Origin: the human T2T-CHM13v2.0 reference genome, Homo sapiens | Strand: one strand, 5' to 3' | Length of the DNA: 64,000 nucleotides | Assembly (NCBI RefSeq): GCF_009914755.1 | Contig: NC_060925.1 | Shown here: piece by piece, positions 1 through 15,522 of the stretch | Numbering within the stretch: the first letter of the stretch is position 1 | Layout: each line of letters opens with the position of its first letter | Translations under genes and position numbers: made by a program | The notes under the pieces: model-generated | Seen by the model: only the letters and a program-made list of their open reading frames with translations | Database searches by the model: none | What the model was told of the DNA's origin: nothing

Positions 1-33
1 TTAATAATTGTCTCACAAACAGCTCAGATCTGA

Positions 34-358
<325 letters not shown>

Positions 359-724
359 AGTAAATCACTTTTTTAAGCAAGATTTTTTACATGATAGAGG
401 TGGTTTTATGACAAAGCAGTATATTATGAGCCAATAGCCATAGTATAGAGAATTTAGACAACTGAGGCCAACAAATCTCATACACTCTTAATGCCCTAAC
501 ACACAATTTTTACTATTATTTTAGTGAACATTTTCAGTATATTTTTCACCTGAATACATTTTTATTAATAACTTTTTATTGCATTGTACATAGACAGGTA
601 AAAAGGAATCATTTTCTATTTGATTTTTCACCTCGAATAGCTTGCTTGTTATATATTCTTTTACTATTCTTCTAGCAGTTGCACTATAGATTCCAACGTG
701 CATTGTTCACTTTCCTAAAAAAAA

Positions 725-2010
725 AAGTTGTAAAATATACATAACAAAATTTGCCATTTTGGATCATTTTTAAATGAATAGTTCAGTAACATCAAGCATA
801 TTCACATTATTGTGCAACCATCATCACTCTCTACCTCCGGAATTTTTCATCTTCTTAATCTGAAACTGTACCAGTTAAACCATAATTCTCTATCCCCAGT
901 CCCCTATCCCCTGAAAACCACCATTGTTTGTTCTGTCTGCATGAATTTGACTACTCCAGGTGCCTCATATTAAGTGGAAGCACACAGCATATACTCTTTT
1001 GTGACTGGTTTATTTCATTTAACATAATATCTTCAAGGTTTATCCATGTTGTAGCATAGATCAGAATATTATTTCTTGTGGCTGAATAATATTCCATTGT
1101 ATGTATAGACATTTTGCTGATCCATTTATCTGTTAATGAAAATTTAGGTGGCTTCCACCTTTTGGTTTATGTCAATAATGCCGCAATGAACATGGGTGTA
1201 TAAATAACTTTTTGAGACTTCTGTTTTTAATTCTTGAGGGTATATACCCAGAAGTGGAATTGTTGAATCATATGGTAATTCTATGTTTAATTTTTTTAGA
1301 AGCCTCCATACTGTTTTACATATTAGCTACACCATTTTATATTTCCAATTCAAATTCACCGACACAGAATGAAGAATGGTGGTTGACAGAGGATAGCGGG
1401 GAGTGGGGATGGAGAGTTACGGTTTAACTGGTACAGGGTTTCAAATTGAAAAAATGAAAAATCCCAGAGACAGGTGATGGTGATGGTTGCACAATAATGT
1501 AAATGTGCTTGATGTCACTGAGTTGTACATTTAAAAATGGTTCAGGCTGGGCGTGGTGACTCACGACTGTAATCCCAGCACTTTGGGAGGCGGAGGCAAG
1601 TGAATTTCTTGAGGAGACCAGCCTGGCCAACATAGTAAAACCCCATCTCTACCAAAATACAAAAACCAACTGGGTGTGGTGGCGGGCACCTGTAATCCCA
1701 GCTACCAGAGAGGCTGAGGCAGGAGAATTGCTTTGAACCCAGAAGGTGGATGGTCCAGTGAGCTGAGATAGTGCCACTGCACTCCAGCCTGGGCAACAGA
1801 GCAAGACTCTATCTCAAAAAAAAAAGTTTCAAACAGTACATTTTATGTTATGTATATTTTATATAGGATTTCAGTTTCTCTACATCTTCACCAACAGTTG
1901 CTATTTTCTGGTTTTTGTCTTTGTTTTAATAATAGTCTTTCTAACAGATGTAAAGGGGTAGCTCATTGTGGTTTTGATTTGAATTTCTCCAATGATTAGT
2001 GATGATGAGT
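725..2010. mobile_element. L1MB-type 3' end (minus) containing an inverted L1MB 3' segment (plus, 1350-1862)
   Basis: L1MB 3'UTR motifs (CACATTATTGTGCAACCATCA and its reverse complement) occur in both orientations. Confidence 0.7.
1545..1825 (+). mobile_element. AluS
   Basis: Dimeric Alu with A tail. Confidence 0.9.
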
Positions 2011-2147
2011 CACTATTGACCTTTTGAAGTCTAATTCAAATTATCACTTTTACTTCTTCCTAAACAGTGGAAGGAACTTAGAACACTTGATCTCCATTTT
2101 CCCTCTTACTGCTCTATGTGCTGCTATCATCATGTAATTTAATTTAG

Positions 2148-2456
<309 letters not shown>

Positions 2457-2676
2457 AATTTAGTTATATTTTTAAACCCGTCAAGGCATTATGATTATTT
2501 CATATAGTCAATATTGATTTATATTTTTTGAAATATTTACCCTTTCCATTCTTACATTTGTTCTCTCATTTTTAAGTTTCTATCTTAGGTAATTTTTCTT
2601 CTATACCAAGAACATCCTTTAGTGTTGTCTGCTGGTTTCTTGTTTTTTTGTATTTGAAAAAAAGTGTTTATTTAGT

Positions 2677-2837
2677 GTTTTGTTTGTTTGGTTGGTTGTT
2701 GGTTGGTTGGTTAGTTTTTATAGAGATGAGGTCTTGCTGTGTTGCCCAAGCTGATCTTAAACTCCTGGACTCAAATGATCCTCACACTTTGGCCTCCCAA
2801 AGTGCTGAGAATACAGAGGTGAGCAACTGTGCCTGCC
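2677..2837 (-). mobile_element. Alu monomer (FLAM-like) with (TTGG)n tail
   Basis: Left-arm sequence preceded by TTTG/TTGG repeats. Confidence 0.75.
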
Positions 2838-2849
2838 TTTAATATTTAT

Positions 2850-3540
2850 TTTAAAGTATATTTTTACTGGATGTAGAAGTCTAGGTTGGCAGGTTTTCCC
2901 ACCATCATTTTGAAGATACGATTCACTGTTTCATGGTTTTCATTGTTTCTCTTGTGAGTGAGTAGTCAGTCACATTGTTGCTCTACTGCAGGTATCTGAG
3001 TTTATTTGACTTCTTTTGTAAAAATTTTTTTTCCCTTTGTGTTTGAGATTCAGCAGTTATACACTGATGTGCTTAGGTGTGATTGTCTTGTATTTATCTT
3101 GTTTAAGAGTCTCAATATTTCTTGAACCTGTACAGGGCTCAATTTTTTTTATCAGTTTTGGAAAATCCTCACCCATTATCTCTTTAAATATTGCATCTGC
3201 CCATTTTCTCTCTCTTCTCCATCTGCATCTCCACTTATATGTAGGTTAGACATTTTTAGTGAGTCTTATTTGTTTTTTATGCTTGTTTTGGTATTTCCCC
3301 TCTTTTATTCTCTCCATCTTCAATCTGTCTCTTTCATCTGACCTATATTTCAACTCATTAATTCTGTCTGCATTTATGTATTCTGTTGTTAAATCCATCC
3401 TTTGAATTCTTAATTTCAGGTTTTTTCAGTTCTAGAATTTCCGTTTGATTCTTTATATTTATTTTTAGTTCTTTGCCAAATTTCTCCATCTGAGATTTTC
3501 TTTCTATTGTTTTTATCTCTTATTTTGGGCAGACTTTTAG
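2850..3540 (-). mobile_element. Ancient L1 (L1ME-like) fragment
   Basis: T-rich sequence with motifs typical of old antisense L1 (CAGTTTTGGAAAAT, TTTCAGTTCTAGAATTTC). Confidence 0.5.
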
Positions 3541-3571
3541 TTCCTATTTTGGTTTTAAAATCAACTGTTGA

Positions 3572-3962
<391 letters not shown>

Positions 3963-4499
3963 TCAGATATTGTGTATTAAAAATTATGCAAAAAATTAAT
4001 TTTGAGGCTCTGGATGACATTATCTTTTTCCACAGGTGATCTCCTTCTGCTCCTGACAAACAGGTAAGCTAGGGAAGATCAGTTTAATTTATTCAGGATT
4101 TAAGGTTATTCACTGTTTGGCTTCAGCCTTTTTGAGGTCTGGTCTCTTTCTGATCTACTTTTACTTCCAGAATAGAGCCTGTCAGGTCTCATTCAAAAGC
4201 CTAGTGCTTACTGGGATTTCTCCTCCTCCTTCTTGGGCCTGGGATTCCAATTTTTGTCTTTCTTTTACCATGAAATAATGAAAACTCTGCTAAGCATTGC
4301 ACCCTTTGGCTGCTGCTTCCACTTTCAGAAGTGACAAGCACATCAAGGGAAAAAGCAATCCTAAAAATCAATGGCTTTTCTCCTCCTCACAGATCTCAGT
4401 CCCGCAAGGTTTTATAGCATTGGAAACTTTCTCTTTAAATCAGTTTGCTTGACCAAGCAATACATTACCACATGTGAGATAAAGCTTTATTTAATGATG

Positions 4500-4664
4500 C
4501 TTTTTTTTTTCCTTAACAGACAGGGTCTCACTTTGTTACCCAAGCTGGAGTACAAAGGTACAATCATACAGCTCACTGCAGCCTCAAACTCCTGGCCTCA
4601 AGCTATTCTCCCACCTCAGCCTCCTGAGTAGCTGGGATTACAGGCATAAGCCACTGCTCCAAGC
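4500..4664 (-). mobile_element. Old Alu monomer / AluJ fragment
   Basis: Right-arm-like sequence, TSD GCTTTA...ATGATGCTT. Confidence 0.75.
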
Positions 4665-5911
4665 TTTAATGATGCTTAATAGTTAAATATGTTAGCTAAC
4701 CCAATTTCTACAAGGTACAGTTGAAATTTTTAGTCTCCCCAATAAATGGTCATATAGCTTCTGCTTAAATATTTTCAGGAAGGACAAGTAGTTACACTCA
4801 AGCCAGTCCATTCCACTTTGGGATGGCTATAATTATAGTAATGTCTTATTACATTCAACAATAACAACAATAAAACCCACTTATTTTCTCATAAATTTGT
4901 TAGTCCTAGTGTTAGCTTCTAAAACAACAGAGAACAAATTATTTTCCCTCTTTTCTAATGCATTCTTTAAAAAATATTAGTGTGGCTGCTGCATTCCTTT
5001 TCATTTAAAACAAACAAACAAACAAACTTCTACTGGCTGAATATTAGTAGCTTTTTTTTTTTTAACCTAATCTCTATCAAGCCAGGCCTTCCCCTGGCTA
5101 TGATGGTGAGTTATTTTTAGACATATATATGGGATTTTATATTTAGAACTACTAACTTTCTTTTTAAAAAATGTAGCTTAATATCTCAGTCTATTGAAAT
5201 CACTTTAAAACTAGGTTTTTGTCATCCTCATAAACTTTGTGTCATCTTAAAAGCGGCAAACATTCCTCCAAATTCTTAGGGACATTTATAAAGATTGTTG
5301 AATATTAAAGTGCCTTGAATAGATTCCTGTGGAAGTTGATGAGAGACTTTTCCAAGCTTGCTCCTCAGCCATTAATCACATGTTTGGGCACATTCTACAG
5401 CTAGATTTAAGTCCACCTAAAATTTATTGTCATTCCTATTTTTCAACCATCTTATTCACTAGAATATTTTCTGCGCCAAAGTCCTTAGAGAAAAAATTCT
5501 TATGTCTATAGCTTTCCTATAATCAATCAACTTAGCAATGCTATGAAAAAAAGAAATGAGTTTTATGTGCCATGACTTATACTCAATGAACAAATCACAC
5601 CAGTTAATCCAGGTTTTTGGAAGGTGGGACACACATTTTTAAATGAATATATACAAATAGAATAACATGTAGGCTAAGTAAAAAACTAAGAAAAGACATT
5701 ATTAGAACTTGGAATTTTATAAATGCTTGTTGAACGTAATAGAAAATTTTACTTACTAGAGTCAACTGAATGATTTATCTAATTCTTTTTATTTACTTTA
5801 TATCTGCACATATTTTCTCTGTCCAATTCAGTTGTACTCTAATTATATTTCTTTTGCTCCTCATTTCTACTTCCATCCCCAATATCTAGTGTAATACCAG
5901 GCACATTATAA

Positions 5912-6316
<405 letters not shown>

Positions 6317-6675
6317 TAATTTATTCTAGGCATTGTACCAGGAACTGGGCTACATTAGCACAATGCTCCCAAGTTGCTGTCAGTCTGATACAGAACTGGT
6401 GAGCAGACATCCAGACAAGTGGATAGGCACTTAGAATCCCATATATTAAAAAGCTAGTAAAAGATAGAGTTCCTTTACTTTTAAAGGCAGATTCTAAATC
6501 TAAGAGACCATTCTAAAACTAAGGGAAAAGTCTCCTTGGCAACATATATCCACCGAATATTTGAGTCACAATATATTAATAGATTAATTTAAATATAATC
6601 TTTACCTGGGCTATAATGTCTACCTTCTCCTGCCCCATGAGGTAGGAAAGTATTTTATCACATAAAAAAGTTATT

Positions 6676-6951
6676 GGTGGGGCATGGTGGCTCACGCCTA
6701 TAATTCCAGCACTTTGGGAGGCCAAGGCGGGTGGGTCATTTGAGGTCAGGAGTTTGAGACCAGACTGACCAACATGATGAAACCCCATCTCTAGTAAAAA
6801 TATAAAAAATATAAAAAATATAAAAATTAGCCGGGAGGTAGGCACACGCCCGTAATGTCAGCTACTCGGGAGGCGGAGGTTGCAGTGAGCTGAGATCACG
6901 CCACTGAACTCCAGTCTGGGTGACAGAAAGAGACTCTGTCTCAAAAAAAAA
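6676..6951 (+). mobile_element. AluS with right-arm deletion and expanded A-rich linker
   Basis: TSD AAAAAAGTTATTG and an (AAAAATATA)n middle region. Confidence 0.85.
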
Positions 6952-7712
6952 GTTATTGATCTTTTAATCTGTTAGGAAGTAGAAATTGGCGGTTACAAAA
7001 GAGTATGTAAGAGATTGCCGCAATTTTTTTTAAAAAATGAATGAAACTAAATAAAATTCTTATAATGAGAGAAGACATTGCTGCTTTATTTATCCAGGAA
7101 CTGACTCTGAGTTTTAAATCCTAGGACTGTTACCACATGTGGTATTTCTCTGGTAGAAAATGAATGATCTCCATTTTGAAAAATCTGGTTCAAGTGGCAA
7201 GCTGCAAAAGTGTCCTTTACCTTCCCTCATTCCAACATAAAAATATTGAGATTTATCCATCTGTTCCAGGGCTCCCTACTTCATAATTTGTCTATAGGTA
7301 TAAGGCCATTTAACCCATGTCACATGACTGGTGTTTGAAATAGAAACAGATGTTAGCATTTTCTTCCTCACCACCCCCACCCTTATAATTTTGATGTAGA
7401 GGATTCAAAGACCCTGAGGATGCCCTATGTCAGACATGAAAATTTGGATAGACAAGTTACTTTAATTGGATGGCAAAAATGCCATGAGTGGTTTGTTTTT
7501 ATGTCATCTGCTATCTCCTACAGCACCCTAGAGTTATCTGTATACATTGTATATTTTTCATTTTGTTTTTAACCAGCAGGGTAAGCCTCCGGACAAAATT
7601 CTATTTCGATTTCTTTTGAAATTTCTTTTTCTTCTTTCTCTTTTCTTGCATACATTCCTCTCTTTAGTTGCCTCCTTCGGCTTTTTCTCCCTTTTGTCCT
7701 TAGTATCCAGTA

Positions 7713-7844
7713 TCAGTCCCAGTCATTGCTTAATCATACTGGGGGTCAGTCCCAGTCACTGCTTAATCATACTGGGGGTCAGTCCCAGTCATTGCTTAAT
7801 CATACTGGGGGTCAGTCCCAGTCATTGCTTAATCATACTAGGGG
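7713..7844. repeat. 33-bp tandem repeat, 4 copies
   Basis: Unit TCAGTCCCAGTCATTGCTTAATCATACTGGGGG starts at 7713, 7746, 7779 and 7812. Copies 2 and 4 each carry one substitution. Confidence 0.97.
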
Positions 7845-7849
7845 TATGG

Positions 7850-8345
7850 AAAGCTAAGGAACACAATAACTCAATGTGCCACATTTGCCATTTGTTCTCA
7901 TCTCCCTTTCTCTCTGTTGCCCTGCTCTATTCTGCATCACAAGAATTGTGTTTCCCGGGATTCCTTACTAACTGCTTAGGTTCATCCAAATGGGAGGCAA
8001 TGGCAAAAGACTGGAAGGTAGGAGAAAGGGTGCTTCAGGTGATATCTCCAGCAGTCACTGTGCCTCCTCCGTGGCTGCAGCTCCTACTGGACATTCCTTC
8101 CCTCCGGGGTCCTAGCACCCACTGGCAGTCCCAGTTGTGGTGCTAGTTCCCTGTTGCACCCTGGCCTCCAGACTCTGGGAAGAGCTCCCCACTGCATTGT
8201 CCCTGCTACTATCTCGGTGGCTATACTACCCGCTGGGATAGTGCAGCTTCTCAGTTCCTCCATCATCTACAGAATCCGTTTCTCATATTTAAGTCTCTTG
8301 GTTTGTAAGTCTTAGAGGGGTTTCCATTTCCTGACTGGACCCTAT
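7850..8345. mobile_element. Old ERVL-type LTR (LTR16/LTR33-like)
   Basis: Motifs CCAAATGGGAGGCA...GACTGGAAGG and the terminal GTTTCCATTTCCTGACTGGACCC. Confidence 0.5.
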
Positions 8346-9199
8346 TGTTACACTCTAGAAAAAGATATCACATAGTTCTGAAAAGAGACCCAAAACGATG
8401 AATACAGTAAAGTCCATGTTAATTTTAATTCTTGGGAATGGTGTGGGTTGATTTCAGTTCTATTGTAAACTTTGGAAGCTTCAGATCAATGTTTGCCAAA
8501 TAGGAAAAAATAAATACATTGGTACTTAGGGGAAGGAAATGTTATTTTTAAGAGTCTAAGCTACATGTTTAAAACAATAGACTGCTTTAAAAAGAAAATC
8601 TTAAGATATATAAAAATAATCCCATTTCTTCTGAAATATTGCAAATCATTATTTCCTTTATGAAAAATTCAGTCAATATCTATTTAGAAAATAAAAATAT
8701 TCAGCTGTGCTTTTACAAACAAATTTAAATTTATTATGTTTTTAAATTAAAGTTTTAAATTTGAATTAAATAATTAAAAATATATGGGGTACCTGCTGTG
8801 TATTATGAAGCATACAAAGATGAATAAGACAAAAGTAGTTCAAAAGACAAAATACCAGAAAAAAATGCATATGTATGAAGACAAAGTCCACGTATAAAAT
8901 CACCCTTCATTTAAGTTAAATTTAACTGACATTTATATGATACCTATTTTTGTTTTGTTCTGGAATCAGAACAAAGATTTACTGTTAGGATACTAGTGAT
9001 ATAATGCTTTTATCTTTTTTTTCAATCAGCTTCCTCAGGTTGAAAATATAATGCTGATTTCATCTTATACTACCTTCCTTCTTGCTCCCCTCACTCCTGC
9101 TATACAGGCCTTATTGCTATTCCTTAAACAAGCTAAACATGCATCAGAGGCAGTGAAAGGATGGTTACATAACAGAAGATCAATCAAACAACAAAATAT

Positions 9200-10275
9200 A
9201 TTAATGATGATGGATGGGTGCCAGGTTCCTCATTGTCAGAGAAGAGAGTTACAGATACATGAAGGAAGAAAAGTGGAATGAACATTCTATGTTGGATTGA
9301 AGTTAGAGATATAAGTATGAATCCCTGGATTTCAGTATGTATAAAAATAAATGTAGACATAACATACATGCATGTCTTAATTCTGGCCTGGAATGGCAAT
9401 TCCCCAGTGCTAATGAGTACACCAAGTGTCCAGAAGTTGGCTCTTAAATACTATTCTCCACTAAAAAATCATCAGGACTACTTATAAAAATGGCTGATTC
9501 CAGGGTGGTACAGGGAGGGTACAAGATCACCCTGGAACATTTTCTTGTGCCACTGAGAAAGAAAATACTTAAAAAATGATGGAGGTATGTCAAAGGGACA
9601 CAGAAGCCAATCTGAAGGAAGTTTCCATTGGCCCCAAATGGGGACTATTTTAACAAGAAAATAAACACTGCTTGGAACATAAATTAATAAACTGAATTTT
9701 GGTGAAACTTTATATAGTTTCAAAGTACCACTTTACAAAATACTTATTAATTATAAAGGGAAAAAGAGTAACTGTAAAGTGGAGAAACCTGGCAGACATC
9801 ACGTTAATCAAGTAATCAGAGTTAAATGGAACAAATCTAAGTTCTCTGCCCTCTGATAGGATGAGACGGGAAGAACAAAGCATTACTTCCTGACAAGGAT
9901 TCAGTACCTGAACTCATGAGGATCCCTCAGACAAATCCAAATTGAAGAACATTCTACAAAATAACTTGCCAGTAATTCTCAAAAATATCAAGGTCTTGGA
10001 GGTCAAGAAAGACTGAGGAATTGTTTGGTACTGAAGGAGTCTAAGGAGATGTTACAAGTAAATTTAGCAGGTGATTCTATGCTGCTTCCATTGTCTGTAA
10101 AGGAGATTTTAAGTGTTAATTTTCTGATTTTGATGGTTGTACTGTGGTTATAAATTCATAATCTATTCCAAGTTATGGGGCAAGTTAGCAACTTGACTCT
10201 CAAATGATATAAAGAAAATTTCTTTGTACTGGATTTGCAACTTTTCTCTGAGTTTCAGATGGTATCAGAATAAAA
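9200..10275 (+). mobile_element. L1MC-type 3' region
   Basis: GTGGAGAAACCTGGCAGACA and CAGACAAATCCAAATTGAAGAACATTCTACAAAATAAC motifs. Confidence 0.7.
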
Positions 10276-10299
10276 TGATGGATACAAAGAAAAAGAATA

Positions 10300-10580
10300 C
10301 AACTCTTATAATTCTGTAGGTCAGGTATTCAAGTGGGACTCAGCTGAGCAGTTTTTGTGCTCTGTGTAGCAAAGGTTTGGTCACTCACTCGGCTGCATTT
10401 AGCAAGATGCTGAGCTAGAAGTTCCAAGAAGTCTTCACTCGCTGTCTGGCTCCTCTCTGCTCCTCCATGTGTACCACCCTCTTCCCCTGCATGGAGTGTC
10501 ATCATTCAGGAGTCCAGCCCAAGATTCTTTTGGTCTGATGGCTGGATTTCCAGAGCCACAGAGAAGACAGCCAGGACTCT
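10300..10580 (-). mobile_element. MLT1-type MaLR LTR fragment
   Basis: ATAATTCTGTAGGTCAGG...CTCAGCTGAGCAGTT motif. Confidence 0.5.
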
Positions 10581-11257
10581 TAGTCTTTTCACCTGGATGG
10601 TGGTTACACAGGAGTGCTCGCTTTGTAAAAAATTAATCAGGCCATATATTTAAGCTTTTGTGTACCTTATAGCATATAAAATACTTCAATAAAAAAAGTA
10701 AAAATAAATTATAGTTACTGTTTTTCTAATTGCACATCCTCCTTTTTCACTTTTCTACTTAACACCATGTAATGGGGCAGATTCTTCCTCGGATGAAGCC
10801 AAGATGGTAACATAAGCATGGGCATTTGATCACCTCCCTATCCAACCCCCTACAGACACAGCCTAGGCAAATATAAAATGGGTAAGTTTTGACTTATTCT
10901 AGAAAATAAAGATCTCTCTCACCTCGATATCTCAAGACTCAAGGACTCTTCACTGAGCTAACATAAGAAAGAAAGGCCTATCTGTCAGCAGTATACCTTT
11001 CCCCATTTTCTGTAGGGAGAGGTAGGAGGATAGCTTTGACTCATATCATTTTGCTTGCTATGAGAACTGGCTGGTCCACAATGTTAGTCTCCCACCTTGG
11101 AAGAAGCTTCTTCACAGGTCTGCCCCAAGGAAAACATGCCTGGCCTTGCTCTCAAAACCACTCAACAAGGAGGAAGTCTGCTTGAAGACTCACTCCAGGG
11201 AGATAGAATCTACCACAGGCTCCACTCCTGCTCAAAGGAAACAATCTGAGAATTTGA

Positions 11258-11584
<327 letters not shown>

Positions 11585-11723
11585 TAACAAACAAACCCAG
11601 TTAAAATAGACTGCAACTGAATGAGTACCAAATTATGAAAAATTAAATGTGTAAATTAGGTCTTGGTCAGTTTTCCCATAATGGAGAACAAACAGGCTGA
11701 TGAAAATTATTAGGAAAAGATTA

Positions 11724-12033
<310 letters not shown>

Positions 12034-12445
12034 TTAACACATAAAATATAGATGAAAGTAATTTAAAAACATGAGTTGCAGAAGGCAAAAAAAGGAAGAG
12101 AAGTAAAAATAAACAACAAAAAGAAGTTTATAAATAGATATGCAGTCAGGCACTGAAAAAGATATGTATACTTGAACACATTCTAATAAAATTTATAAAT
12201 TCCAAAGATAAAGAAGTTTTATATTGTTGTTGTAGCTGGGACCACAGGCACATGCCACCATGCCCAGCTAATATTTTTCCATTTTTGGCAGAGACGGGGT
12301 TTCACCATGTTGCCCAGGCTGAACATATGAATTTTGAAGGATACAAACATTCAGATTATGGCATCCACCATCCTTTTACTCCCATCTCAACTGATTGCAC
12401 TGTGGGCCTCAGGTATAGCTGTTAAAATAAGGCATTCCTGCATGA

Positions 12446-12787
<342 letters not shown>

Positions 12788-13144
12788 TAATCAAATCTTA
12801 ACCAGTCCATTCTATATTCTGTAAGTTCAGCTGCTTTAGGAAAATGAATACATGGTGAGATAAGTATATCTCAGTAGTATCAGGTCACTCTTGCTTCTTT
12901 TGCTGTAAAATGAATTATTTGGACAGAAGCAATGTTGTGTGGAATACTATGTTGGGGATTAAGATATTCAGTAAACCCATAGGTAGTATTGCTGGCAGAA
13001 ACATGGTAAGTAGTAAAGAGAAATCCATATTCAGAATAAATGCTTACCTTTGCCTTCACCATAATGGGAAATGTTGTTAGCCCCTGACTGTGCCACATTT
13101 CAAGGTCTTAGTGCTGATTTGTGTGTCACTGAGTATTGATGCAT

Positions 13145-14450
13145 GGGTTGTTCTCACAATATTCTTTCTCTGTTATACAATAGTAGAGTTTTTTAGCTGC
13201 CCACTTGGTTGCCCAAAATAAAAACTACGTTTCCCAGCCTCACTTGCAGTTTGACCTCACAAATTAAATTCTAGGAAACAGGATGTGTAATCTCCAGTTC
13301 ATGCCCTTAAGGGGAAGTAGTGGGCTCCCGTCCTATTTTCTTGATTTTAGCCAGCTAAACTGTGGACTTGATTGTGGGAGCTACAGTAGCTGCCATCAAC
13401 CACAAAACGAAAATTGCATTTTGAAAATGACAGAAAAGCAAGCCGGAAAGAATCAGGATCCCCAAAACTCTAAAGCCTGGATTACCTACTGGGATTTTAA
13501 TTTAATTTTAATTTTTAGAATAATTTCAACTTTTATTTTAGATTTAGGGGATACATGTGCAGGTTTGTTACATTGTTTGATTGCCTGTTGGTGAGGTTTG
13601 GGGTATGAATGATCCCATCAACCAGGTAATGAACATAGTTCCATAGGTAGTTTTTCAGCCCCTGCCCCACCTCTAGTGGTCCCCATTGTCTATTCTTCCC
13701 ATTCTTATGTCCACGTATAGCCAATGTTTAGCTCCCACTTGTAAATACACGCAGTATTTGGTTTTCTGTTCCTGTATTAATTCACTTAGGATAATGGCCT
13801 CCAGCTGCATCCACGATTTTATTCTTCTTTACGGCTGCATGGTATTCCATGGTATGTATGTACCACATTTTATTTATCCAGTCCACTGTTGATGGGCACC
13901 TAGGTTGATTCCATGTCTTTGCTACTGTGACTAGTGCTGCAATGAATACATAAGTGCATGTGTCTTTTTTGGTAGAATGATTTATTTTCCTTTGAGTATA
14001 CACCCAGTAACAGGATTGTTGGGTCAAATGGTAGTTCTAAGTTCTTTCAGAAATCTCCAAACACTTCCCATAGTGGCTGAAGTAATTTACATTCCCACCA
14101 ACAGTGTATGAGCCTTCCCTTTTCTCTGCAGCCTCACTAGCAACTGTTATTTTTTTACTTTTTCATAATAGTCATTCTGACTGGTGTGAGATGGTATCTC
14201 ATTGTGGTTTTGACGTGCATTTCTCTGATGGTTAGTGATGTTCAGCATTTTTAATAGGTTTGTTGGGTGCTTGTATGTCTTCTTTTGAGAAGTATCTATT
14301 CATGTCTTTTGTCCACTTTTTAATTGGGTTATTTATTTTTTGCTTGTTGATTTAAGTTCCTTATCCTACTGGCATTTTATATGAGAGAGAATCACACTTC
14401 ATTCCTATTACTTTTGCTTTGTTTAAGCCACTGTATTTCCAGACTAATTT
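13145..14450 (+). mobile_element. MLT1-type LTR split by L1
   Basis: TTTCCCAGCCTCACTTGCAG start and GTTTAAGCCACTGTATTT end on either side of the L1. Confidence 0.55.
13501..14365 (-). mobile_element. 5'-truncated L1PA/L1PB 3' end
   Basis: Contains the ORF2 C-terminus (KTWNQPRCPSTVDWINKMWYIHTMEY) and 3'UTR, with TSD CCTACTGG(G/C)ATTTTA. Confidence 0.9.
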
Positions 14451-14841
14451 GTAACCTATTTTGTACAAGTACTTTGCAGTAGCAATCCTGAAATCGACTT
14501 TGATAAGGGGAAGTCCATTTTGCTGAGCTCATACATAATCTCCATTATTACCATCATAGCTTATTTGTACTTGTGCCCATTAAACATTAGAAGGCTGGAG
14601 AAAAAAGTTGACTGACATTCATTATGCAAGTCCACTTTTTCACCTAATTATTTCTCTATAAGGTAGGGTAGAGAGTTAGGAGCTCATTCAAATGGGACAT
14701 AATGACCTCACATTCTGAATTTAGTCTGAGAAGCTCATATATATAGTTTACCCAAATCTCCTTGTTACTAATTCTTCCAATGAGCATTATTCCCAAGTCC
14801 CTGACCATTGGATAGTGCCCATAAATCATTAGGTGTTGTTC

Positions 14842-15522
<681 letters not shown>

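Noticed and set aside
7713-7844. CRISPR-like hairpin repeats of 33 bp
   Set aside because: The units are contiguous with no unique spacers, there are no cas genes, and the context is primate DNA. It is a minisatellite.
7547-8146. 199-aa ORF with repeated SPSHCLIILGV
   Set aside because: It has a non-ATG start, and its length comes from the 33-bp (11-codon) repeat, T-rich sequence and an LTR.
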